The notes beneath the pieces were generated by a model, which was not told where the DNA came from, did not search any database, and saw only the letters and a list, made by a program, of their open reading frames with translations. Positions 49,253 to 58,185 of a DNA stretch of 64,000 bases are shown piece by piece. Position 1 is the stretch's first letter, and the number at the start of each line of letters is the position of its first letter. Made by a program: the position numbers and the translations under genes. This stretch comes from Anaerolineales bacterium (GTDB lineage: Bacteria; Chloroflexota; Anaerolineae; Anaerolineales; E44-bin32), in contig DAOUEL010000011.1 of the NCBI GenBank assembly GCA_034430595.1, forward strand, positions 68,463-132,462, written 5' to 3'.

Positions 49253-49291
49253 GATCCATGATTTCCCTATTGCTGGTTCAGGTTAAGAGGA

Positions 49292-50500
49292 TCATGTCGG
49301 GTTTGGCGTTGATGTTGGTGTCGCGGTCGGCGCCGGTGTTTGAGTCGGAGTAGCAGTCGGCGTCGGCGGGGGCGGCGTGCTCCCCGAGCCGGTGCTGGTC
49401 GCAGTCGGCGTCGACGTGAAGGTCGCCGATGCACCAGTGTTCGTCGGAGTGGGCGTGTCGACGATGACGAACGTCCCCGTCTCCGTGGGCGTTGCTGTAA
49501 CCGTACTGGTTGGTGTCGGTGCTGTTGCTGTTGCACAAAGATTTGCAACATGGGTTGCGGTCGGTTCGGAGGTATCCGGACCAACATACGAATATCCAAT
49601 TTCATAGTACGTTTGAGCCGCACACGGGTCACCGTCTGCTGCGAGCAAGCCCGCATATTCACGTGCCGCTTGACCATACTTGATGCAGGATCCCCAGATA
49701 TTTGCCTGACACATCTGGGCGAAATTCTCGGTTGCCAGCGCCCAATCCAGCCCAAAATAGCTGTTGGCAAAAATATAGAATTCCGCCGATCGCATCCAGC
49801 TTACTGCCTGAGAATCAAGCGGTCCAAAACGCTGTGCGAGAGTCAGATCGTAAATGCCCTGCTCCAGGTCGCCCGCAAAAAGTTTGTCCATGCCTCGATT
49901 TCGAAGCGCACCAGCCATGAGTTGATTCACTTCCGCCAACCGGAATTCAGGATCGCCACCTCGCAGCCGTATCAAGATGTCGAGCGTGCTGCTCCAATCG
50001 CCACGCGCAAACGCGCTCTGCGCGCTGGCGAACGTGCTGTCGTACGAGGTGAAATCCGGCGTCTCGGTTGGAGTTGGCGAGGCAGCCGGACTCGCAGTTG
50101 GCGTAGGTTGATTTAGAGATGTGAGCACATCACCCAGGAACTCAGCTGCTCCTGGATAGTTAGGATCAAGACTGAGCACATACTCGAAGCGCTGGCGGGC
50201 CACTTCCAGATTTCCGGCCAGCAGTTCTTCGATCGCCCGATCAAACTGCTGCTTGGCAACCTGGGCGACTTCTTCCGTATTGAGGGATTCGCGCCGTTTA
50301 AGGCCACTTGCATAGCCGGTCAGAACAGCCGTGGTCATGACGGCGACCACCAGCAGAATTAGAATCACCCACCACCGTCGACCGGTCCAGCCTCGCCCCG
50401 GCGCTTTTCTGGCAGTGTGGACGGGCTGCGTCTCCTCCTGCGATACCAGCGGGTGGACAGCGTTGTTCTTGCGAGTCGGATCGGAATTAATCGGGTTCAT
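49292..50500 (-). CDS. Membrane-anchored TPR-like protein with C-terminal Thr/Pro-rich low-complexity tail
   Basis: N-terminal anchor WWVILILLVVAVMTTAVLTGY. Helical repeat region (ARQRFEYVLSLDPNYPGAAEFLGDV). Tail: TPTPTSTVTATPTETG...TPPPPTPTATPTQTPAPTATPTSTPNPT. Confidence 0.7.
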   Translation of the reverse strand: MNPINSDPTRKNNAVHPLVSQEETQPVHTARKAPGRGWTGRRWWVILILLVVAVMTTAVLTGYASGLKRRESLNTEEVAQVAKQQFDRAIEELLAGNLEVARQRFEYVLSLDPNYPGAAEFLGDVLTSLNQPTPTASPAASPTPTETPDFTSYDSTFASAQSAFARGDWSSTLDILIRLRGGDPEFRLAEVNQLMAGALRNRGMDKLFAGDLEQGIYDLTLAQRFGPLDSQAVSWMRSAEFYIFANSYFGLDWALATENFAQMCQANIWGSCIKYGQAAREYAGLLAADGDPCAAQTYYEIGYSYVGPDTSEPTATHVANLCATATAPTPTSTVTATPTETGTFVIVDTPTPTNTGASATFTSTPTATSTGSGSTPPPPTPTATPTQTPAPTATPTSTPNPT

Positions 50501-50506
50501 GAATCG

Positions 50507-51655
50507 CTAAGGCTCGTAGCCACCCCCAGATGGCGTGGCAATCGTTGGCCCGAAAGCACTCGAATCGACAAAGATCTGATCCCGCAAAATCCGGATTTGA
50601 TCCGGGACAAAACGCAGCACCTGGGCACCATCCGGACGGGTGTAGAAGCCAACCATATTTGGAGGTTCGATGACTCCACTGAGAATGTCTGATTTTTGAA
50701 CTTTGGTTGCCGTCCAGGCAAGAGAAATCATCTGTTCCAGGCTGAGGTTGGTACGAACACCGGATGCAATTTCCTGGTAGAGCGCCGGGGCACGCGATAC
50801 GAGCGTTGGGAGCATGTCAAATCCCACCACCCTGTCGAGCACGGCCAAGACCACCTGCTGCTGGCGCTCCGCCCGGCCGAAATCTCCCCCGCCGTATTTA
50901 CGCACACGCGCATAGGCCAGGGCATCCGGTCCGTTCAGGTGATAGGGTTTGGCATCCAACCAGCGCGAGATACCACCGATGGGCGCGATTTTTATTCGTT
51001 CAGGCACCAGGACGTCTATGCCGCCAATTTCATCGATTACGCGCTCAAATGCTTGAAAATCGATCACAGCATAGTACTGGATCGGGACTCCAATCAGGTC
51101 TTCCACAGTCTGCATTGCTAGCGCTGGGCCGCCGCCAGGCATATCGTAAGCCTCGCCAAACATATACGCGGTATTGATACGGTTATAACCAAAGCCTGGA
51201 ATTTCTACCCACAGATCACGCGGGATGGAAAGCATCCCGGCTTTCATCGTGATCGGATCCAACGTGACCAGCATCATACTGTCGCTTCTCGGCGCGCTTT
51301 TATCAGCAATCCAATCACGATAATCGAGCCCCATAATTAAAATCGTCACCCGGGCTTTGCCATCCCAGGGCTGGGGGGTATTCTCAAGCTTAATTAAAGT
51401 CGGGGTGACCTCGGGGTCGGTGGGTTGACCGGATCCCCCATCCGACTGCGGCCTGAAGGGGTTCAAACCAACGCCCGTATAGGATGCGGTTAGATCACGG
51501 ACAACCAGGTGTGTGATGACAGCGGCCAGGATCAAACTGATGGCAAAGGCAATGCCAACCAACCATACAACACCGTTGGCGATCTTTGCTCTTCGCTGTG
51601 ATTCGCCGTTCTGAGCCATTTTTCTTCCCGCATCCACCTTCATTACACACACCAT
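50507..51655 (-). CDS. LytR-CpsA-Psr (LCP) family cell-envelope phosphotransferase
   Basis: N-terminal TM helix. ILIMGLDYRD, RSDSMMLVTLDP, LSIPRDLWVEIPGFGYNRINTAY. Confidence 0.85.
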   Translation of the reverse strand: MVCVMKVDAGRKMAQNGESQRRAKIANGVVWLVGIAFAISLILAAVITHLVVRDLTASYTGVGLNPFRPQSDGGSGQPTDPEVTPTLIKLENTPQPWDGKARVTILIMGLDYRDWIADKSAPRSDSMMLVTLDPITMKAGMLSIPRDLWVEIPGFGYNRINTAYMFGEAYDMPGGGPALAMQTVEDLIGVPIQYYAVIDFQAFERVIDEIGGIDVLVPERIKIAPIGGISRWLDAKPYHLNGPDALAYARVRKYGGGDFGRAERQQQVVLAVLDRVVGFDMLPTLVSRAPALYQEIASGVRTNLSLEQMISLAWTATKVQKSDILSGVIEPPNMVGFYTRPDGAQVLRFVPDQIRILRDQIFVDSSAFGPTIATPSGGGYEP

Positions 51656-51717
51656 ACGCCTGGCCGCTACGCCAGGCGCATAGAACGCAGCTAGAACCGT
51701 TCAAAGCAAAGATTATA

Positions 51718-53361
51718 TCAAATCACAGGGCCTGCATCGACGACGTCTTGTGGGCAGTCGGGAGCGAACTTCTTGAAATTATCGATGAAGCGAGCTGCGA
51801 GCTGGCGGTATTTCTGCTTATATTCCACCCTGCTCGGCCAGGATGAGCCCGGATTCAGGACCTCAGCCGGAACATCCTCGCAGGACGTTGGCACCTCAAA
51901 CCCAAAGATCGGATCCCGAGCAAATTGAACGTTGTTCAAGCTGCCGGAAAGTGCGGCGTTCAGCATGGCACGGGTGTATTTAATGCTGATGCGCTTCCCG
52001 ACCCCGTACGGACCACCTACCCAGCCGGTGTTCAGCAGCCAGGTCTGCACGTTGTGCCGCTCGATCTTCCGCCGCAGCAGGTCGGCATAGAAAGAAGGAT
52101 TGTGAACCATGAACGGTGCACCGAAACAGGTACTGAATGTAATCTCTGGCTCCTCTCCCAGACCGATCTCGGTTCCTCCCACCTTGGCGGTGTAGCCCGA
52201 GATGAACTGGTAGAGCGCTTGCGATACTGAAAGCCTAGCGATCGGGGGCAGAACACCCGAGGCATCACAGGTAAGAAGGATGATGTTTGCAGGATGCCCC
52301 CCCATCTTCTCAGGGAGTGCATTCTCGATGTACTCCAGCGGGTAGGAGGCGCGTGTGTTTTCGGTTCGCTCGTCATCATCCAGGTCAATCCTGCGGGTGA
52401 CGGGATCGAAGATCACATTTTCTAAAACCGTACCGAAGCGATGAGTCGTAGCGTAAATTTCAGGCTCAGCCGTTGGTGAAAGTTGAATAACTTTTGCATA
52501 TGAACCGGCTTCAAAGTTGAAGATACCCCTATCGCTCCAACCATGTTCGTCGTCTCCGATCAGGCGGCGCTCGGGATCGGCGGAAAGGGTCGTTTTGCCC
52601 GTACCAGATAGCCCGAAGAAAAGCGCGGCATCCCCATCCGGTCCGATATTGGCTGAACAGTGCATTGGCATCACGCCTTGAAGCGGTAGCAGGTAGTTTA
52701 GAACCGTAAAGATTGATTTTTTAATCTCGCCCGCATAGGCCGAATTTCCAATCAGGCAGATACGCTCTTCGAAATTCAGCACGATAAAGGTCTTCGAACG
52801 GGTTGTATCGATCGGCTCGTAACCTTTAAAGGACGGCAGGCACAGCACAGTAAATTCGGGGATGTGCTGGCGGTATTCTTCGTACGTTCCTGGGCGGATA
52901 AACATGTTGCTTGCGAACAGACTGTGCCATGCGTATTCGCTGATGATACGCACCGGCAGGCGGTATTCAGGGTCGGCCCCCGCGTAGCAGTCCTGTACGA
53001 ATAAATCGCGCCCCTGGACAAATCCCTGTAGGCGGCTGAGCAATTCATTGAATTTTTCAGGATTGAAAGGGCGATTGTATTCTCCCCACCAGACGTGCTC
53101 CTCGGATCCGGGTTCCCGCACGACGTACTTATCATTCGCGGCTCGTGCAGTGTGGAAGCCGGTAGAGACAACAAACGGGCCTCCGCGGGTAATGCGCCCC
53201 TCATTTCGGAACACAGCCTCTTCGTACAACGATTCAACCGGCAAGTTCCAGTAGATCTGGTTCAAATTGGTCAGGCCATGATTCTCCAAACCATAATCGC
53301 TTTTCAACGCCTCGGCTTCTTTTTGTGCCGGGGTGCGGATATTTAGCAAATTAGTCGTCAT
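51718..53361 (-). CDS. pckA: Phosphoenolpyruvate carboxykinase (ATP)
   Basis: 547 aa. Kinase-1a loop FFGLSGTGKTTLSADP. N-terminal GRITRGGPFVVSTGFHTARAANDKYVV pattern. Confidence 0.95.
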   Translation of the reverse strand: MTTNLLNIRTPAQKEAEALKSDYGLENHGLTNLNQIYWNLPVESLYEEAVFRNEGRITRGGPFVVSTGFHTARAANDKYVVREPGSEEHVWWGEYNRPFNPEKFNELLSRLQGFVQGRDLFVQDCYAGADPEYRLPVRIISEYAWHSLFASNMFIRPGTYEEYRQHIPEFTVLCLPSFKGYEPIDTTRSKTFIVLNFEERICLIGNSAYAGEIKKSIFTVLNYLLPLQGVMPMHCSANIGPDGDAALFFGLSGTGKTTLSADPERRLIGDDEHGWSDRGIFNFEAGSYAKVIQLSPTAEPEIYATTHRFGTVLENVIFDPVTRRIDLDDDERTENTRASYPLEYIENALPEKMGGHPANIILLTCDASGVLPPIARLSVSQALYQFISGYTAKVGGTEIGLGEEPEITFSTCFGAPFMVHNPSFYADLLRRKIERHNVQTWLLNTGWVGGPYGVGKRISIKYTRAMLNAALSGSLNNVQFARDPIFGFEVPTSCEDVPAEVLNPGSSWPSRVEYKQKYRQLAARFIDNFKKFAPDCPQDVVDAGPVI

Positions 53362-54575
53362 AGCCAGTCCCTAATCAACTTTCGATCACCAATGTAAATT
53401 TCATTTGGAGCCTCTGGGTCTAAAGCCCATTTCATTCGTTCAACGCCTTCCGTCAGGTCTTTGACTGAGCCGGCGAAGCTGAGACGCAAATGCCCTTCCA
53501 TTCCAAATTCAATCCCCGGAACAGTAACGACCAGCGCCTTCTCCAACAGGAAGTCCGATAACTTTTCCGAATCTGCTCCGTAGGCCCGAAAATCTGGCAG
53601 CACATAGAACGTTGCTTGTGGCTTGACGATGTGTAAACCATTAAACGAGCGCAGCTCCTGCATGATAACATCCCGGTTGTTCTGGATCGTCAAACGCAGG
53701 CTCTCAACCACACTCTGCACCCCGTTAAGCGCCCCTTCAGCCGCTGCTTGCGATATGACCGAAGGATTGGATGTGGTTTGTGCCTGAACATTTATCATAA
53801 CCTCGACCAGCTTACGCGGGGCAATCACCCAGCCGATGCGAAAACCGGTCATGCCATACAGTTTCGAGACCCCGTTTACAACGATCAGATGGGAGGATTC
53901 GATGTCCTTTTTTGTGTATGCATAGGCGGGAACAGCATGCAGGCCATCAAAAACCAGCTTATGATAAATGTCATCGAGAATTAGATAGATACCCTTCGCC
54001 TCGCAAAACTCCACAATCTGGGCGATAAATGCTTCATTGAAGATAATCCCCGACGGGTTGTTTGGGCTGTTGAGAATTATCGCTTTGGTGTATGAGCTTA
54101 CCGCTTGCTCAATATCCTCCATGCGCGGATGGAAGGTGCCGTCTTCCGGCGTCACGATGATCGGAATGGCGTGGACCATCTTGACCATCTCAGGATAGCT
54201 CACCCAGTATGGTGCAAGGATAATAACTTCATCCTGCGGGTCCAGGATCGTGAAGAGGATGTTAAAGAGCGACTGCTTCGCGCCGGTTGAAACGATGACG
54301 TTTTCGGGGGCGACCAATCGATTGTAGTTCTCCTCCGTGTAGCGGATGATAGCCTTCTTCAGTGAGGGCGTCCCGTCCGTGGGAGTATATTTAATATCAC
54401 CCGTGTTCAGGCGTGCGGCGGAGGCCAGGAGTGCATTAATCGGTGCCTTATTCTTGGGCTCGCCTATCCCGAGGTGAATTACCGGCTCACCTCGCTCCCG
54501 CAAAATGCGGGCCCGTTCGTTCAAGCGCAGTGTAGGTGATTCGCGAATCGTTCGTGCCAGGCGGCTTACAGCCAT
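53358..54575 (-). CDS. Class I/II PLP-dependent aminotransferase (aspartate aminotransferase-like)
   Basis: LNSPNNPSGIIF, and SKLYGMTGFRIGW (PLP lysine). ATG 54575 with GGAGGA upstream is preferred over GTG 54593. ATGA overlap with pckA. Confidence 0.9.
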   Translation of the reverse strand: MAVSRLARTIRESPTLRLNERARILRERGEPVIHLGIGEPKNKAPINALLASAARLNTGDIKYTPTDGTPSLKKAIIRYTEENYNRLVAPENVIVSTGAKQSLFNILFTILDPQDEVIILAPYWVSYPEMVKMVHAIPIIVTPEDGTFHPRMEDIEQAVSSYTKAIILNSPNNPSGIIFNEAFIAQIVEFCEAKGIYLILDDIYHKLVFDGLHAVPAYAYTKKDIESSHLIVVNGVSKLYGMTGFRIGWVIAPRKLVEVMINVQAQTTSNPSVISQAAAEGALNGVQSVVESLRLTIQNNRDVIMQELRSFNGLHIVKPQATFYVLPDFRAYGADSEKLSDFLLEKALVVTVPGIEFGMEGHLRLSFAGSVKDLTEGVERMKWALDPEAPNEIYIGDRKLIRDWL

Positions 54576-54650
54576 GTTGGCGTCCTCCAACACTATCTCA
54601 CCTTCAGGGGTAGATTGATTCTCATTTGGAGACTATCATGCGAGTGGTAA

Positions 54651-55649
54651 TTATAGTACGGGTTTAGATTGTGGACTTGCCATTTGCGTACTTTCAGCAG
54701 CCATCTGCATCAACGTGCCAATCTCAAACGGGATGCCGCGATCCGGCGCAAGTTCGAGGCTTAATGCAGCCTGGGAGCATTCGTCAATACAAATTCCACA
54801 GCCCATACACTGCTCGCGGTCGATCCTAACGGCTTCATCCATCAGCTCGATCACCGCGAATGGACAAATTTCCACACAATCCCCGCAACCAATGCAGTCA
54901 TCCGGGTTCACAACCGAGACGAATCCAGAGGATGCCAGCATGGGAGAACCATTGCGCATCGCTTGCATCGCACCACAACAGCAGCTGCAGCAGTTACAGA
55001 TCGCATAGAAACGATTCAGCATGGCGTCCTTGAAGAATGCGTGATGCGCATGGCCTCGCTTATGTTCTTCCAGCAGGATCGTCTCCGCCTCTGAAGCGCT
55101 AATCCAGCGCGATTTCTCCGGTTGGTGTTCGTGGACGAATCCAGCGAACGGTTCCCCAATGATCAGGCATACATCGAGCGGCAGGCATGGATCGCTTCGC
55201 GATGAGCGGCAGGGACAATCAAGGGCGATGATGTGTTCGGGATTGTTCAGAATCAACGCCCTTGCTTTCGAATAGGGAATGACCTGTTCAAGATCCGGAA
55301 CTCGAAGATCCTGGTTTACAGCAACAAGCTGGCGGGCGACATCGATCGGGATTACTTTACCGTGATAGCTTTCTGCAACACTACCGGGCTTTCGATCAGG
55401 TTTATTCCTCCAGGGAAGCAATCGTTGAACGAAATCTGCCACGCGTTGGGCGGTTGAGGCGAGGGGGTGTTCACCGATTCCAATGCCAATGTACAGATAC
55501 GGCCAGCGGCCATAAATATATCCGTGGATAAGGTCCAGCAGATTGTAGTTCTCGGTTCTTTGCGCTTCCTGGATAAATTTGCGCGTTCCATCACCGATCA
55601 GCTTTTTCCTCAGCACATTGGTTATATGCTCAGAACCGTCCCTGTTCAT
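54651..55649 (-). CDS. Cys-rich Fe-S protein with C-terminal 2x[4Fe-4S] ferredoxin domain (function unknown)
   Basis: CIGCGDCVEICP and CMGCGICIDEC. Upstream cysteine clusters DCPCRSSRSDPCLPLDVC and ICNCCSCCCG (54975..54998). Confidence 0.8.
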   Translation of the reverse strand: MNRDGSEHITNVLRKKLIGDGTRKFIQEAQRTENYNLLDLIHGYIYGRWPYLYIGIGIGEHPLASTAQRVADFVQRLLPWRNKPDRKPGSVAESYHGKVIPIDVARQLVAVNQDLRVPDLEQVIPYSKARALILNNPEHIIALDCPCRSSRSDPCLPLDVCLIIGEPFAGFVHEHQPEKSRWISASEAETILLEEHKRGHAHHAFFKDAMLNRFYAICNCCSCCCGAMQAMRNGSPMLASSGFVSVVNPDDCIGCGDCVEICPFAVIELMDEAVRIDREQCMGCGICIDECSQAALSLELAPDRGIPFEIGTLMQMAAESTQMASPQSKPVL

Positions 55650-55947
55650 AAGCTCCCGCCCTTCCCTAGGACTTTAGCATAAGCTTATCCATGAGCCAAA
55701 ATGCAGTGTGCAGTGACATGACCCGGAACGGCAGGAGGTCATGATCCCATGACCCAGATTGTGCTCCCAGCGGTGAATGCCCCTTCCAACCTCTGTGGCT
55801 ATGCGAAAACTACTGGTGTTCTCTCTTCGATCCGGTTTGATCCTTCCCGCCTCTACCCGCTTCATCGAATAGCACTCGTGATGCATTGCGAAAATCGCAT
55901 GCAGCGTTACAATTGCAGGACGGAATGGGAACGGAAGGCTCGATAGA

Positions 55948-57042
55948 ATGCGAAGCTGCCCCAATTGTCATAAGGAGATCCAGGACGAAGCTGTCTTCTG
56001 CCGTTTCTGCCGGCGGGAGGTCGACCCGCCGCTCTGGCTGACGAGCCTGCAGAAATGTCCATTCTGCGCCGAATGGGTCGAGCGGGGGATCGAACGCTGC
56101 CCGTTATGCGGCAAGGATTTAAGCCAGGCGACTCCATTCAGCATTCCAGTTGAGAAGGTTGAACAGGCTACGGATTTGTTCGCGCGTTTGCGCCAATCCA
56201 CTCAGGCAGCGGATTCCTTCGATGACGAGGAAGACGAAGAAACACAGACCGAGGAGGCCGACTACGACGAACCTGAAGCCGAAATGGGAATCGAGGAAAT
56301 GCAGGTCGGCCGCAGCGGCTCCTGGTTTGACCGCCTTCGAAAGACACCCGAGGCCCGGCCCGCCGAAACGGAAGAAGGGTTGGCCGTCCTCCACAACCGC
56401 CGGATTGATCTGAGCGAGGACTTCGCACCCGATACTGATCGTGAGTCCACACCTGAGGACAACAATGAACCACCCAACCGGCACTTCTTGGATACGGCGG
56501 GCATCATCTTCCGTTGGCTACTGATAGCTGTAACTGCGAGCGTAATCATGATCGTGGGCGTATTGGGTTATCAGCGCATGATGTCAGCAAGGCTCGTACT
56601 TCCAGGTGCATCCGAAACTCCACAGGATACCCCTCAAGTGCAGCCGAGCGAAGCGTCACCAACACTGCAGGCCACCCTCCCTCCCGGCACTCCTGGCGTG
56701 CTGCTTCCGACGCTTCCAGGCACAACTCTTGAATGCATCACATGGGATCAGATCACGCTTCAGATGGCTGGCGAAACCGTGTGCGCGTATGGAGCGATTA
56801 AACGCTGGTTTGAGGTATCGGATATACCTTATGTCGCAATTTTCAGCGAGCAGCCAGGCACTTTTGCCTTTATCGATCGTGAGCGAACGTATCCCGAATA
56901 CCGGCCTGGCACCTGCATCACCGCAACCGGTCTGATTGAAATTATGCGGGCAACACGACCGTTCATTGACGTTGTTGGAAATCTACAAGAATGCGCGGCT
57001 GATCTCCAGTCCAAGCTATCGACTGCCACTCCAAATCCCTAG
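55948..57042 (+). CDS. Double zinc-ribbon membrane protein (hypothetical)
   Basis: CPNCHKEI...CRFC and CPFCAEWV...CPLCG. Acidic linker (DDEEDEETQTEEADYDEPEAE). One TM helix (IIFRWLLIAVTASVIMIVGVLGY). About 150-aa C-terminal extracytoplasmic domain. Confidence 0.7.
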   Translation: MRSCPNCHKEIQDEAVFCRFCRREVDPPLWLTSLQKCPFCAEWVERGIERCPLCGKDLSQATPFSIPVEKVEQATDLFARLRQSTQAADSFDDEEDEETQTEEADYDEPEAEMGIEEMQVGRSGSWFDRLRKTPEARPAETEEGLAVLHNRRIDLSEDFAPDTDRESTPEDNNEPPNRHFLDTAGIIFRWLLIAVTASVIMIVGVLGYQRMMSARLVLPGASETPQDTPQVQPSEASPTLQATLPPGTPGVLLPTLPGTTLECITWDQITLQMAGETVCAYGAIKRWFEVSDIPYVAIFSEQPGTFAFIDRERTYPEYRPGTCITATGLIEIMRATRPFIDVVGNLQECAADLQSKLSTATPNP

Positions 57043-57091
57043 GATGAACTCCTGCCAGCCAGCGGTGGAATCTCCGGGTACACCTTCTTAA

Positions 57092-57322
57092 TCAGGTTTT
57101 ACCTTGAGATGGGTCCTCATGATCACGATCAGGATCAAGGAATTCACGGAAGACTTCCAGCCGCCGGTCATCGCTGGTCGCTGAGGGCTCGACCTCCTGC
57201 CAGGGGCTTGAGCTTTTTTGAGCGGCACCCCGCCGGTCAGCAAGGTCATCTAACCATCCAATGCCCCGAATGATGAAGAAAACTGCAGCAGCTACGAGCA
57301 CGATATAGGGCAGCATTCTCAC
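57092..57322 (-). CDS. Small single-TM protein (hypothetical)
   Basis: 76 aa. N-terminal helix MLPYIVLVAAAVFFIIRGIGWL followed by a charged tail. No other support. Confidence 0.4.
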   Translation of the reverse strand: MRMLPYIVLVAAAVFFIIRGIGWLDDLADRRGAAQKSSSPWQEVEPSATSDDRRLEVFREFLDPDRDHEDPSQGKT

Positions 57323-57354
57323 TCTCCTGTACCCACTCGAAGATATCTAACCAT

Positions 57355-58125
57355 CTAAACTACAATCTCGGTCAGGCTTTCGACAACTTGCCCCGGGCAA
57401 TAGGGAAAACGCTCAATTTCATCCCGCTTCGTAACACCGGTCAGCACAAGAATTGTCTCCAGACCGCTCTCAACCCCGGCCACGATGTCCGTATCCATCC
57501 GATCACCGATCATGATGGTCTCTTCAGAGTGCCCACCCAAGTAATTCAGCGCAGCCCGCATCATGAATGGATTGGGCTTTCCCACGAACAGTGGGGCGGC
57601 ACCGGTCGCTCGCTCAATCAAGGCAGCCAGTGCTCCAGTCGCTGGGACAAGCCCGCGGTCTGAAGGCCCAGATGGATCTGGATTTGTGGCGATAAAGCGT
57701 GCACCATCTGCCACCAACTGCACCGCTTTCGTAATCGTGACCATATCGTAGCTGAGCGTTTCACCCAAAACGACATAGTCTGGTGAAAGGTCGGAAATGA
57801 CATAACCGACCGCATAGATGGCGTCCGTCAATCCACTTTCGCCAATGACAAATGCCTTCCCATTGGGACGCTGCGACTCAAGGAAGCTGGCCGTGGCCAT
57901 GGCAGAGGTGAAAATGCGTTCCTGTTCGACCTGCAACCCGATGGTCTTCAACCGGTGTGTAAGGTCGCGTGGGGTATAGATCGAATTGTTTGTCAGGACG
58001 AGATACTCGCTGCCCTTTTCGTGCAGTCGTTCCAGGAAATCGACCGCGCCCGGAATCAGGGTCTTACCACTGATCAGGACTCCATCCATATCGATCAAGT
58101 AGTTGCGAATCAATCTTTCGGTCAT
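57355..58125 (-). CDS. HAD-IIA family sugar-phosphate phosphatase (NagD-like)
   Basis: [12 protein letters not shown] (motif I), LTNNS (motif II), [14 protein letters not shown] (motif IV). Confidence 0.85.
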   Translation of the reverse strand: MTERLIRNYLIDMDGVLISGKTLIPGAVDFLERLHEKGSEYLVLTNNSIYTPRDLTHRLKTIGLQVEQERIFTSAMATASFLESQRPNGKAFVIGESGLTDAIYAVGYVISDLSPDYVVLGETLSYDMVTITKAVQLVADGARFIATNPDPSGPSDRGLVPATGALAALIERATGAAPLFVGKPNPFMMRAALNYLGGHSEETIMIGDRMDTDIVAGVESGLETILVLTGVTKRDEIERFPYCPGQVVESLTEIVV

Positions 58126-58185
58126 GCTCGCCTTTCAGGTCCAGATCCTCAGGTTTAAATGTACGCATTCCAGTCCCCGTGCATC

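Noticed and set aside
48828-49286. A plus-strand 152-aa ORF downstream of the HAD gene.
   Set aside because: Its 5' end overlaps the tRNA-Arg gene and the translation is low-complexity and basic.
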